DNA of 64,000 nt from Pristiophorus japonicus (lineage: Eukaryota), in contig NC_091999.1 of assembly GCF_044704955.1 (NCBI RefSeq), positions 10,850,001 through 10,914,000 of the forward strand, given 5' to 3'. The first letter of the stretch is position 1; every line of letters begins with the position of its first letter. Below are positions 35,798 through 47,749 of this stretch, piece after piece. The notes below the pieces were generated by a model. It saw nothing but the letters and a program-made list of their open reading frames with translations, was not told the origin of the DNA and did no database searches. The translations under genes and the position numbers were made by a program.

Positions 35798-38014
35798 TTC
35801 CTTTTGTTTGCAGTCCCATAACAGCTGCAGCAATCTCTCTAATGATGCAGGGCAGGCAAAGTGGGTCAGAGGGAGAGCAGCAAATGGAAGCTGTGGGCGG
35901 GGCTGCCGAAGGCAATGTGTCTGCAAAGGTTGTCTCTACAATGTCCATTTAACAGCGCATTTCATCAGAGATATTGACAGTCACAACATAAAGTATCTAT
36001 ATGTGGAGCCAGTCACACAATGGGCACAGCCTTTGGTGTGAGGAATGCTTCAGCATTGCCTAATAGTTGGATTATTTTCAACGGGTTGGGAACACTCACA
36101 ATGATTGTTTTTCATTTTATTCCGGTTTGTGACGATACATCGAGAACATGAGGTTCATTCTCCTGTATCATTCATGTTCACACTGACCTATCCGCTCTGT
36201 GCAGTAGATTTGCTCTTGTCGATATTTCTAATGAAATAGTCAACGCATTCTAAAAGATTGTGATTTTGATTAAAAAAAACACAAATTTCAGCTAATATTA
36301 AGACAGAGAGACCAGGGGAAACCTTCCTCCTATGTGTCCCTAGCAGAAGGTTAGTGGAACCTGCATCCTCGTCAACCACCCCTGTCGGATTGATGACTGT
36401 GAGTGAAATAAACTAAAGATCTACCTTTACGTTCAATCTGATATATCGCCAGTTCGAGATAATATCATAACGTCATCATCCGATTCTGTTGTGTAATTTT
36501 TCGCAGGAGAACATGTCCCCTTCCCCCTGCTGAACCGGTTCTACCTCTTCCTGAAATTAACAGCAGGCTCTACTCTGCTGTGCTAATATCAATGACATGG
36601 ATGAAATATGGTCGTTATTGACATTGGGCAAACTCCTTATCCGGGTTTCACTCCTGTCTCTATGCATGTGTCCTTCATTCCAGCTTTTAATATTAAACAC
36701 ATTTTTTCAAATGGCAGCTTCACAAAAAGACCAACTCCTTCCGTCTTATTTGCTTTAATATTTTCATATCCGCAAATAATTCTAAAGCGTGGTATGGAGA
36801 GATTGTGACGACGATTTGCAGACAATACAAGACGCGGGTTTGGGGCGGGGTGTGGAGCGGTGGGGGCTTGGGCGGAGGCGGGGCACGTATTTGCTGAACT
36901 CCATGAACATAAATACAGAAATAAACAAAGTCCAAATGTTGATGGATTTAAAGGAATTAAAGAATCAAAGGAAGAAAATTGGACCGCGCCACGGGGGCGC
37001 GGTGAGACATATATAAGCACGGCGTCCTCTCGTGGAAACTATGAGAACTGTCACACTGTTTGGATACTGGGTGAAAACAGTCAGTGTATCAATTGAGCAG
37101 TTTGCAGCGCCCATTTTTGGGGAGATGCGTTGCGCTGATGGTGATGGTGATTTTCAAGCCTTGTACATCAACAATTATTTGGACAGAAATATTAATCAAA
37201 TGAATTGGAGCTTGGAAATTCAAAGTTGCCACTGGAAAATTTGATCCATTCTGATCTGCACAATAAACAACAACCCCAAACCTGAAGTCACAACAATTGA
37301 CATCCATTTCCTTTCATTTCAACTTGTGCCGAATGCATGTGATTTTTGTGCACAGGCTCTAGAGAGTCAGTATATTTTTCCTGCCCCATTTCCCGATTCC
37401 AGCACAAATTAGGTATACTCCAGGCCTGCCGCAACAAGTCTCAAACCCTTCCCCGTTATTTGCAAGTCCTTCGCATTCAAAACCAAAAGCTGCCTTTACT
37501 CGTTTTTTGTTCTCTATTTGAATGGCGGAGAAATACCAGCGTTAAACCAACTGATCTTCACAGTCCACATAAGGCACAGTCGAATCCATCCTATCTGTCC
37601 CCACTACCTTCCAAATGAACACCCAGAGGGTGAATTGTCTGTGTCTGACACACTGACCCACCCAGTCCCCTATCAGAGGGAGCGGAGACCTACATCCTCC
37701 TCTGCCTGGGCTAAATTAGAACTCTGATCCCAGAGAATGAAAGGTAAATGTCTGACCCACCAGTACTGCACCAAGTTAAATGTAACATCAATTGCTTTTG
37801 CTCAGGAGGATAAATGAGCAATCGGGAAAATCAATATGAATAAAGCGTCATCACTTGCATTGTTCCCTGTCCTTCAGTGAAGATGTAAGATATATGTAGC
37901 ATCATATCTCATCGAAAAGTACACAATCGATTGCACATTAGAATAACCAGGAATAATTCTATTTTCCAGTAATAATCGTGATCCACCATACGCTGAAATC
38001 AGGAAATGCAATTA

Positions 38015-38372
38015 ATGAAATTTAAACTTTCACTCTTTTGATTTTAGACTTTCACTCTTTTGATTTTAGGTGAATGTTTTTTGCAGAAAAGTGTTAATCG
38101 TTTGAACATATTTCTTCTCTCTAATTTTCCATCTCTTTTGAATTGGCAGTTATGGGCGGCGGGCCTGTGCTCCATCAAGCACAGCAGATATTTTCACGAG
38201 GGAGAATCGATTGAAATCGAGTGCAATGCAAGCACCAGCGGCTTTGATGGCAAAGCCACTGACGGACGATTCAAACTTTTCATTGACCCAACAAGGAGTT
38301 ACAACATTTTCTGTATGGACAGCACCGTGGTCTTAGATGATGCAGCGTATTACTGTGCAGTGAGGCACCGTG
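38015..38372 (+). pseudogene. TCR V pseudogene (family E) with FR2 deletion
   Basis: EGESIEIECNASTSG[del]..DGRF..DDAAYYCAVR, heptamer CACCGTG; 22-bp tandem duplication in the leader. Confidence 0.82.
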
Positions 38373-39158
38373 AGACAAAAGCTTGGCGCTGCAATACATT
38401 ATCTCCTGCAGGTTACTATCAGGCAATCTTAGCACCCTTTCTCTGCTCGCCTGAATGCGTTGACTGCTTTGTGATGTACAGTTCCATTCATCCGAGAAGG
38501 AAAGGACTGATCAGATTTTCCTTCAAGCTGTTGACTCTTTTGTGCTGTACTTTTCCACAGGCTCTCTTCATCTTGCAAGGGGATGGTTACTCAGACTGAG
38601 CCGAAGACTATTAATTTTATCGTGCGACTGATTTGTGATCATATTGTGATTAGTTTCATTCACATAATAGGTGGCTTTTATCGAATTTATCAAGTCCTGG
38701 TGTTCAAATCCTTCAGGATCCGCTGGCCTTCTATATCCCCTTAAGTATTGGTTGTGGGTACTTCCAACTGTAAGTGAGCAGCTATTTTAATGGGAGACTC
38801 CTGGAATGATAAAATAAGTAAATTAACTATTTCCCTTCACTGCCGCTGCCTCACCTGCTAAAGAGCCAACTTTAGGTTTAATTCCCATGCAGATCCATGT
38901 TGTGAGGAGAACTACTTCACTCCTTTCCGCGCTGCTCGCTGTGATGCATTGCGTTGGAGAACAAAGGAGCTGGGAGCTGATTCGTTGAACTGGAAAGCAA
39001 AGGACACGTGAGCTGATTGGATATCACCTACTGACTCTTCCAGGAATGAACCAATCAGCAAAGACACCGGATATGAATCAACACCTTCGCAACTCTTGAC
39101 GAAAATAATCTCAGGTTCAACACGTTCTGTTAAAATCTGCCAGGCACTCTCTGTAAAC

Positions 39159-39714
39159 ATGTTGGGTGTGACTTTTTACTCAGCCGTCACAGCTGCAGCT
39201 CTCTTAACTGGTAAAATGTTAAGTTCCACAATCTTCCTCTTCCAGCTGCCACTGAATAACATTTAACTGTATTTTATCTCTATTTGCAATGTATTCCGTC
39301 AAATGATGATTTAGTTGTAATTAAATTATGAGAACATTTTAACATTTTCTATTTATACATGTCTGCAGGTGTTAATGGTGCAGACTCCGTCTCACAGCGG
39401 CCGGTTACAGCGATGCAGTTTGAAGGAGACTCGGTGACAATTAATTACAACTTTTCTACCACTGCTGGTTCGTATTCCTTACAGCTGTACCGTCAGGATC
39501 GGGACAAAGGGCCCAAATTCCTAATCTCCAGTCCTTCCTATGGGGATGTTGTCAGAGCAGTGGGCACCGGGGCTCGATTTTCTGCATCTCTCGACACTTC
39601 GAAGAGGGAGGGGAACTTCACCATCGGCGGTCTGCGGCTGACTGACAGCGCGGTGTATTACTGCGCGCTGAGAGACACAGTGACTGGAACCGGAGGGTAT
39701 CTCATACAATAACT
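39159..39714 (+). pseudogene. TRAV/DV: TCR V (family A), open frame but first conserved Cys lost; leader 39159-39210, exon 39369-39675
   Basis: TINYNFS (C->Y), LQLYRQ, DSAVYYCALRD; RSS CACAGTG-23-ACAATAACT (39676-39714). Confidence 0.85.
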
Positions 39715-39994
39715 GCTGCAATCTGATATGTTCAACGGAATAGTGTGCAAAGTGCAGGGAATGGGGCAATGTCAGTACTTATCACAGGATAGTGTCCACG
39801 TAAGCCAAAGAAATGAAAGATACCCAACTAACAATACAGGACAAGCATACCGTTTATTATTAATAATAATAATCATCTTGCAGTTAATTTCATAATATAT
39901 TAACTGATTGTACAATGCTTTCGATCTCTGTTCATGTCATGGACACATCAACTTTCAATCTTAGCGAAAAGTAAATAAAGAATGTTCAAATTCA

Positions 39995-40466
39995 GTCTCA
40001 GAATCGCACTCAGACCTGCCGCTCCAGTCGGCAGGAGATGAAACAAATGGAAGGATACATTCAGTTATGATATACGAGACTATAGATGCGTCAAAAACCT
40101 TCAGAACAACGAGTTCTCCCCTGAAATTTGACCCCGTGAGACTCAGGTTCCAACCTTAGCAGCTGGCCAGGGTGCTGATTGTACCAGAACACATCCCGTG
40201 CAGCATCGCTGGTTTTCAAGGTCGAGGTTAGTATGACATTACTTTCCTCTTCAACCAACATTTCAGGGAATGGCTTTTCCACTGTGTCTTGATGGCTCCA
40301 TACTGACATAAAATAATAGTCGTAGCGATTATCTCCATCATTATCACTTGACCAATAATAACTTATGAGTTACAATATTCAATGGGAGATGGAGTTTTAG
40401 TGGGAGACCTGTAGTTACTGAGATATGATTATAAATGAAGACGAACAGTGCGAGACGGTTCCACAT
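39995..40466 (-). pseudogene. TCR V pseudogene (family B)
   Basis: Leader MWNRLALFVFIYNHIS; WSHQDTVEKP..DVFWYNQHPGQ; Cys lost, stop. Confidence 0.75.
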
Positions 40467-41170
40467 GATGAACCCTGAGTCTGAAGCTGTTCAGTCCGGG
40501 AACTCCACTGTCGGAGCAAAAATATAGAGCACACCTGATCCAAACAATGCCAAACAGGGAACAGCGGAATCTCTTCCATAGCACCGGTCTACTAAGGAGC
40601 GTCAGAACGAGAGCAGCAAACGGATGCTTTGAGTTTGAGTGCAGCTGCCTCAGACACAAAATTGAGTGAACTGAAGGCTTTGTTCAACTGCAAAAACTGC
40701 GCGGCGCTGCTCAGCTGCACTCGGAGCGCATGGGGTGGAAATGGTGGTGGTTGGGTTGAGAAGTTTGTGGTCTATCTGCTTCTGCTTACTGAGCAAGTGA
40801 CAGGGAATAAACCATGTTTGGGGGAAATGAAAGGATTGCACAGCTTCATAAATAATGAGCAGCGTCATTCAGCTCAAACCTACAGTGTTGAAACACAGTA
40901 TCTGGCACATATGTTTTATATATAATCAACAAATCCGAAATCGCCACAATGACCTTAATCTGCATAAATTGCACCAACAGAGGGTGCCAATATTAAACGT
41001 GGTCATTAGAGAGTCACGTGATGTAAACACCAATGGCAACAGCGATCGAAGCCTGAGTGATGTCACAATGGGGTCGCCCCCTGCAGTGCACTGGTGAAAC
41101 AATGGAAAATGCTCAGGTTTACTTCTCCACTTCTCAATCTCTGCCTCATTCAATTCAAAGTCACTGCGAC

Positions 41171-41707
41171 ATGTTGCTAATAATACTGGCGAGTGTGTTG
41201 GACCGTAAATATTGCATTATCTTAAACAACACAGGTTGACAGATTGATGCGAAGAGCTTGTGCATGGTCTCGGTGCAATTCATGATCATAAATATTAATA
41301 TATGGTCAGCTGTGTAGATGGAAGAATAAACACACTGGCACAGATAGCGCAAGTTTACTTTATGTTCTTTTACTCGCTATTCTTCACAGGTGGATTTTGT
41401 ACAGGTCCAGTAAATCAGTCTCCATTGACAATTGCTGTGGCACAGGGGCTTCGGTGAGGTTAGATTGTGAACGTACAATCCCGGATATTTACGACATGGA
41501 ATGGAATCAGCAGAAACCGGCACAGCCACCAAGCTGGATAATTAGCAAAGTAGCAGCACTGAAGCGTGTCGAAATCTCTTGAATGCTAACTTCTCTGGAA
41601 AGTACGGTTAGCTCAAGATAAGCGGCCTGAGTGGGGAGGACGGGGCGGCCCATTACTGTACTGTGAGGCACTGCGTGAGATAAAAGCAAAGGTTTCATAC
41701 AAAAAAC
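41171..41707 (+). pseudogene. TCR V pseudogene (family C)
   Basis: Leader MLLIILASVLD..; LDCER..EWNQQKPAQPP..EIS*; HYCTVR; CACTGCG-23-ACAAAAAAC (41669-41707). Confidence 0.85.
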
Positions 41708-41749
41708 TCAGCGAACATTAGCAGATTCATTAAGTCATCATTGTTGCTT

Positions 41750-42161
41750 ATATCTGTGGATTTAGTTCGATCCCAAAGTCACGGTAACCAAAGACTGTCA
41801 AGTTGCTCGATCATAGCGTTGTATTCGTTTCCTTCTCTTTGTCCAAATCAGCAGAAAAGCGGTGTGGGTAATCTGGAGAATTTTCTCGGTGCTTACCAGT
41901 GATATTGAAGTACCAATAAAGAGAGGAAAAACGATCGGATCTGGAGAAACTACACTTCAGTATTACGTTCTGATCTTCCAGAACCGTTCATTCAGATGGA
42001 TCAAGGGACACTAGGTCTGCACCATTCGTTCCTAATTCAAAATATAGAATGTCTCAAAAGTCTCCGACTAAATATAACCCATGAAGCACATACTGATCAT
42101 TTAAGCAAAGTCACACCGGGCAGGACTACCATTATCATCAGTAAGTAATTTGGGAACACAT
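41750..42161 (-). pseudogene. Decayed family-D-related V pseudogene
   Basis: Leader starting MCSQ..; paralog of 25630-26350 without the RTE insertion. Confidence 0.65.
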
Positions 42162-42819
42162 GGTGTCTGGTTTACAGTTCCATAGAACATAGCAACGTTT
42201 TGATGCTATGTTGATGCTTCTCATAGAAACATAGAAGATAGGTGCAGAAGTAGGCCATTCGGCCCTTCGAGCCTGCACCACCATTCAATGAGTTCATGGC
42301 TGAACATGCAACTTCAGTACCGCATTCCTGCTTTCTCATCATACCCCTTTATCCCCTCGTAGTGAGGAAACATAGAAACATTCTCGTTTGGTATTAAAGG
42401 GTAAACTGAGAGCAGGGGTAGCCTTCAACATAATTGCAGACATAGGGGCGGTTTCCAGGGACAGTGTTATAAATCACCCAACGCTCTGATAACGGCACAG
42501 CTTGTGAGCGAGTGGCCACTCCCCAACCCCCAACCCCAGCCCGACCCGGACAGGTGTCCATATGGTCTCTGCTGGTCTTTGTCGCACTGTGTCACCGTAT
42601 GACATGGGTTCTATTCTATCTTCAATAAAAACCCCTTTAAATGCAGTTATATTTCCCGTTGCCATAAGTTGCACTGAGTAAAGTGAGCAAATTTCGATAG
42701 AAATATATAACAGATGGTGAGGGAGTATCCCGCGCAATTCTGCTGCTGGTAAAAGGGAACAAATGAATTAATTGACTGACAGCCTTTTAACTCCGCCCCT
42801 ACTTCAGCTCATCGTCCGG

Positions 42820-43115
42820 TGAAACCCTCATCCATGCCTTTGATACCTCTAAGCTCGACTATTCCATGCTCCACTGACCGGCCTCACAGCGTGCACCCAC
42901 CGTAAACATTAGCTCATCCAAAGCTCTGCTGCCTGTATATTAACTCGTGCCAAGTTCTGTTCACCCGTCTGTGCTCGCTGGCCTACATTGGCTCCCAGTC
43001 CGACAACGCCTCGTGTTTAAAATTTACCTCCTTTTTCGATAATCTTCACATTGTCTCGCCCATCTCTGTTTCTGGGCCCACTCCAGCCTTACAACCCTCA
43101 AAATCTCTGCACTGT
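42820..43115 (+). mobile_element. L2-like LINE fragment
   Basis: 'aaccctcatccatgcctttg..ctcgactattcc..cctacattggctcccagtcc'. Confidence 0.7.
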
Positions 43116-43442
43116 GGAATAGAGGAAAAAGATGAAATATGTCTGGTCTACAATTACCGATCAGAAAAGCTCCACATAAGCCCGATGCTGAGCAGCCAAA
43201 TTGACGTTGTATATCTCTAAAAGGGGGTTTGGATCTTTGGAGACATACGTTCTAATCCCCACCCTCAATAATCTGCTGTCATGTCTCAGGATGCTCTCAC
43301 CGCACTTACTTGTGTCCTCAGTCGTGCTGTGAGGCCGGTAGGTAGGGAGCTGGCTACCAGTGAATGCAACCACGCTGAGCTGGGCCCCAGTCATTGTCCG
43401 AAGAAGGGAATGGTGAAAAGTTTTGAGACTGGGAGTGGGAAC

Positions 43443-43559
43443 GAGCCTCTTGTCTGTTTGTTGCAAACCAGAAGCTGCGGCGAGCCCCTTGACTGTTGGT
43501 TGCAAACGGGTAGCTGCGGCGAGCCCCTTGTCTGTTTGTTGCAAACTGGAAGCTGCGGG
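43443..43559. repeat. 39-bp unit x3 tandem repeat
   Basis: gagcc(c/t)cttg(t/a)ctgtt(t/g)gttgcaaac...agctgcgg; single copy in inverted paralog near 30890-30930. Confidence 0.88.
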
Positions 43560-44110
43560 TTTGTTGATGATGACAGGAAACATTACAGAATTAAAGAGAC
43601 TTTCTGAAGGACGGTTGTGATTGGGGGATCTCTGTGCTTGGGGCTTGTTTGGAAGAGTGCAGTCACGACCTTGTGAAATCTGTTGATTTTGTCTTAAAAG
43701 CCTCCGACCCAGCAACATACTCTGATCAAATAAAGTCTGTGTATAGGCCACGATCACTGGGTTCTAGAAACAAGCAAGGGAGATGTGTAAACAGATGCAG
43801 AATACTGTCGGCTGGTACCGAAAGAGCATCAAAGGATAAAGTTTAAATTAATGCGACAAGTGGATTTATAAGTTCATTTTTTGTATAAATACGAATTCAA
43901 ATCACTTAATATAATTCTACAAGTGGACCTCATGTGGTCTTGTTCAGAGTTGTGTTTTGTCCCCCTTTTAAGAAGGTCACTGTGAATCTCACTGTGGAGG
44001 TTAAATTTTCGCTTCTGTTTATCAGTGTGAGGGCGCCCTCTGGTGAGCACTGATTGGAATTCTCAGTATGAGTTTTTGTACGGGGTCCGCTATATCTCTG
44101 CAGCAGTGAG

Positions 44111-44543
44111 TGCTCCATGGCACAGAAATGCATGGCAGCTTCAGAGACAAGTGTCCCGGCGATATTTAAAGGAACCGTTTTATTCGTTTTGTTTATATCA
44201 GCAGAGAACCTGTCTGGTAAACCTGGAGTCCTGTCTCCGCCTTCTGAGCTATATCTCTTCGGTAAATATCTCGGAGCTTCTCCGGGATATTGTACGGACC
44301 AGAACAGAGTTGAACTAGCTTTCGAGTAACTACAGCTCAGTATTATGCTTTGTCCTTCCTCTACCGTTAAATCAGCCTGATCATGGAGCACCTTATCTTC
44401 ACCATTGAATTCTGTAACAAATCAGAGAATTTATCAAAACTTCTGTGGGTGAATATAACCCATGGAACTCAAACTGGCCATTTAAACGTAGACTCACCAG
44501 GCAGCACAAACATTATTATTGGGAAGAAACATGGGGAGTACAT
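44111..44543 (-). CDS. TRAV/DV: TCR alpha/delta V segment (family D), open frame with several non-consensus residues; leader 44543-44498, exon 44411-44111
   Basis: MYSPCFFPIIMFVLP|EFNGEDKVLHD..LSCSYS..LFWSVQ..SEAAMHFCAMEH; RSS CTCACTG-24-ACAAAAACT (44110-44071). Confidence 0.82.
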
Positions 44544-44794
44544 GTTGAATTGTATCGAGTTCGACAGAAAATAGCAGAATGTTCTCAATATTCTCATCGT
44601 TTATTCAGGATTAAACGTCGATAGTGCGCAGACTTCACTAATTGAGTGAGTGAGGGGCATTTCCCATGGACAGGATTGGCTATTCTCTCAGAACTGACAA
44701 TTGTGTGAACCAATCAGTTGTGGACCAATTACTTTCTCTGCCCATTTCTTTTTCTGCCTCAGTCTTTGTCGATGTCTCTACCTCTCTCTTTGTT

Positions 44795-47085
44795 TCGGCA
44801 ATGTTAAGGGAAGGTCGTGTCTGACTAACTTGATTGATTTTTGAGAATATAAGAAGGATTGTCGATGAACCAGTTTGTTTGATGTCTGCATGAATTTTAG
44901 CAAGAATTTTGACAAGGTCCCACGTGACAGGCTGAACAAAAATGTAACAGTCCATGGGATCCAAGGGATGGCGGCAAATTAGATCAAAAATTGGCTCAGT
45001 GGCAGGAAGCAAAGAGTAATAGTTGGCGGGTACTTTTGTGATTGGAAGGTTGTTTCCAGTGAGGTTCCACGGGGCTCAGTGCTCGGTCACTTGCTGTCTG
45101 TAATATATATTATTAATTTATACATAAATGTAAGGTGCATGATAAAGAGGTTTGCAAAATATACAAATATTGGCTTTGTGGTTGACAGTGATGACAAAAG
45201 CTTTAGACTGAAGGAATATATCGATGGACTGGTCAGTTGAGCAGGAAAATGGAAAATGGAATGCAATCAGTTGAAGTGTGAGCTCATACTATTGGGGAGA
45301 TGCAACAAGATAATTGATCGCCTAAAAAATGGAAGATACTGAGAGTTTGGAGGTACAGAATGAAATACGAATACAAGAACAAAGGAAATAGGATCAGGAG
45401 TAGGCCATTTGGCCCGTCGAGACTGCTCCGCCATTCAACAAGGTCATGGCTGATCTGATCATGGACTCAGCACCACTTCCCCGCCCGCTCCCCATAACCT
45501 CTTATCCTCTTATCGTTTAAGAAACTATTTTTGCCTTAAATTAATTCAATGTAACAGCTTCCACAGTTCTCTGAGGCAGCGAATTACACAGATCTACAAC
45601 CCTCTGAGAGCAGAAATTTCTCCTCATCTTTCTTTTAATGGGTGGCCCCTTATTTAAATATCGTGCCCTCTAGTTACGGTTTCCCAACATCCTCTCTGCA
45701 TCCACCTTTTCAAGCCCCCTCATAATCTTATACTTTTGGATAAGATCACCTCTCATTCTTCTGAATTGCAATGAGTAGAGGCCCAACATAATCAACCTTT
45801 CCTCATATGACCACCCCTCATCCCCGGAATCAGCCTAGTGAACCTTCTCCGAACTCCCTCCAGAGCAAGTATATCCTTTATTAAATATGGTAAACAAAAC
45901 TGCACGCAGTATACCAGGTGTGGCCTCAGCAATACCTTATATATCTGCAGTAAGGCTTCCCTGCTTTTATACTTCATCCCCTTTGCAATAAAGGCCAAGA
46001 AATCATTGGCCTTGCTGATCACTTGCTGTACCTGCATACAATCCTTTTGTGTTTCATGCACAAGTACCCCCAGGTCCAGCTGTACTGTGACACATTGCAA
46101 TATTTCTCCATTTAAATAAGAACATGCACTTTGATTTCATTTCTGCCAAAGTGCATGACCTCGCACTTTCTAACCTTATACTTCATCTGCCAAATTTTTG
46201 CCCAACTTACTTAGCCTGTGTATGTCCTTTTGCAGATTTTTTGTGCCCACCTCACACATTGCTTTTCGACTCATCTTTGTATCGTCAGCAAAATTGGTCA
46301 CGTTGCACTCAGTCCCTTGTTCCAAATCGTTAATATAGATCGTCAATAGTTGGGGTTCCAGCACTGAACCCTGTGGCACCGCACTTGTTACTGGGGTGTA
46401 TGTCCACAGATCCTTATATGTTGTAGGATAGGCCGATAAGGTACTTAAAAAGGCATATGGAATGATTTACTTTATTAGCCGAAGCATTGAATAAAAGAGC
46501 AATGAAGCTATGCTAGAACTGGATACAAAACGAGTTAGCCCACAGCTTGACTACTGAGTACAGATTTGGTCACCACATTTCAGGAAAGATGTAATTGAAC
46601 TCGGGAGGATACAGAGGAGAATTACAAGGATGTTGTCAGGATTGCAAAATTTTTAGCTATGAGGAAAGATTGGATAAGTTGGGGTTGTTTTCTTTCGACA
46701 AAAGGAGGCTGAGGGGAAATGTTATAAAGGTGTATAGAATTATAGGGGGCCTAGATACAGTAGATAGGAAGGACCTATTTCCCTTAGCAGAGCGTCAGTA
46801 ACCAGTGGGGATAGGATCAAAGTGATTGGTAAAAGGATTAGAGGGGAGACGAGGAAAAGTAAATTCACCTCGAGGGTGGTAGGGGTCTGGAATTCAGTGC
46901 GAGAAAGGGCGGTAGAGGCAGAAAATCTTATCACATTTAAAACATACTTGGATTTTCACTTAAAGAGCCATGACCTACAGGGCTATGTACATAATGCCGG
47001 AAATTGGGAATAGGCAGGATCACTATTTGCCAACACGATGGATCGAATGTCCACCCTGATATGTCGTAATTTATGATTTTATAAT
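44795..47085 (+). mobile_element. Decayed CR1 with nested minus-strand CR1 (about 45370-46390)
   Basis: Host matches 15275-16505; nested element has 'PQGSVLEPQL..NFADDTK' and 'RPHLVYCVQF'. Confidence 0.88.
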
Positions 47086-47749
47086 TCTACCGTGTCTGTG
47101 TGTGTCACTCTCTTCCGTTCGCTCTCCCTGATATGTTCCAATTTACCTGAATCGCTAGGTTCAACACAACAAGGAGCTCCATTGATAGTATCAGTAAAAA
47201 GATATAAAACATAACTAAAGCTCAGTGACAGATTTAAAATGGCAACAGTTACAGCAAGATCCAATCATTTATTCATTAAGCAGGAGTCATGAAAAGGTCT
47301 ACACACTCTGTATATGGCATGATTCCTCAGAATTGAATCTGTGTGTTTTCATGTTGCTTTGACCGAGTTTCATTCATCAGTTGTGTCTTGGATATGAAAA
47401 ATAAATAAAGGGAATCACCAAAGTTTAAGCTGAATTTGCCATTAACGCCGGGTATTTGTGTATAATAATAGTAAAAAAAAAGGAAAATGTGTCATAATCG
47501 TTCAACAACATCGACCTGCAGGTCGAGAATAACGTGCTTCCTCAGGCAGATGGCTGTTTACCTCACTTCGCCACCAGTGGGAGCTCAGGCATGTGCCTGC
47601 GGTTTCACTGCAGCAATTCTTTCGCAAGATCACAAGGATGTGGAGGATGAGGAACGCCGTTCGTCCGATCATAATTTAATCTTCCAGATTCGACACCCGA
47701 AAATATGCTTTATTTGTTAAAAGGTCGTTATGAATCTTGATATTCAATG

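Noticed and set aside
36280-36520. Possible very old V remnant (..SDSVV*FFAG resembles DSAVYFCA)
   Set aside because: No convincing Cys/Trp framework, leader or RSS; too decayed to call by eye
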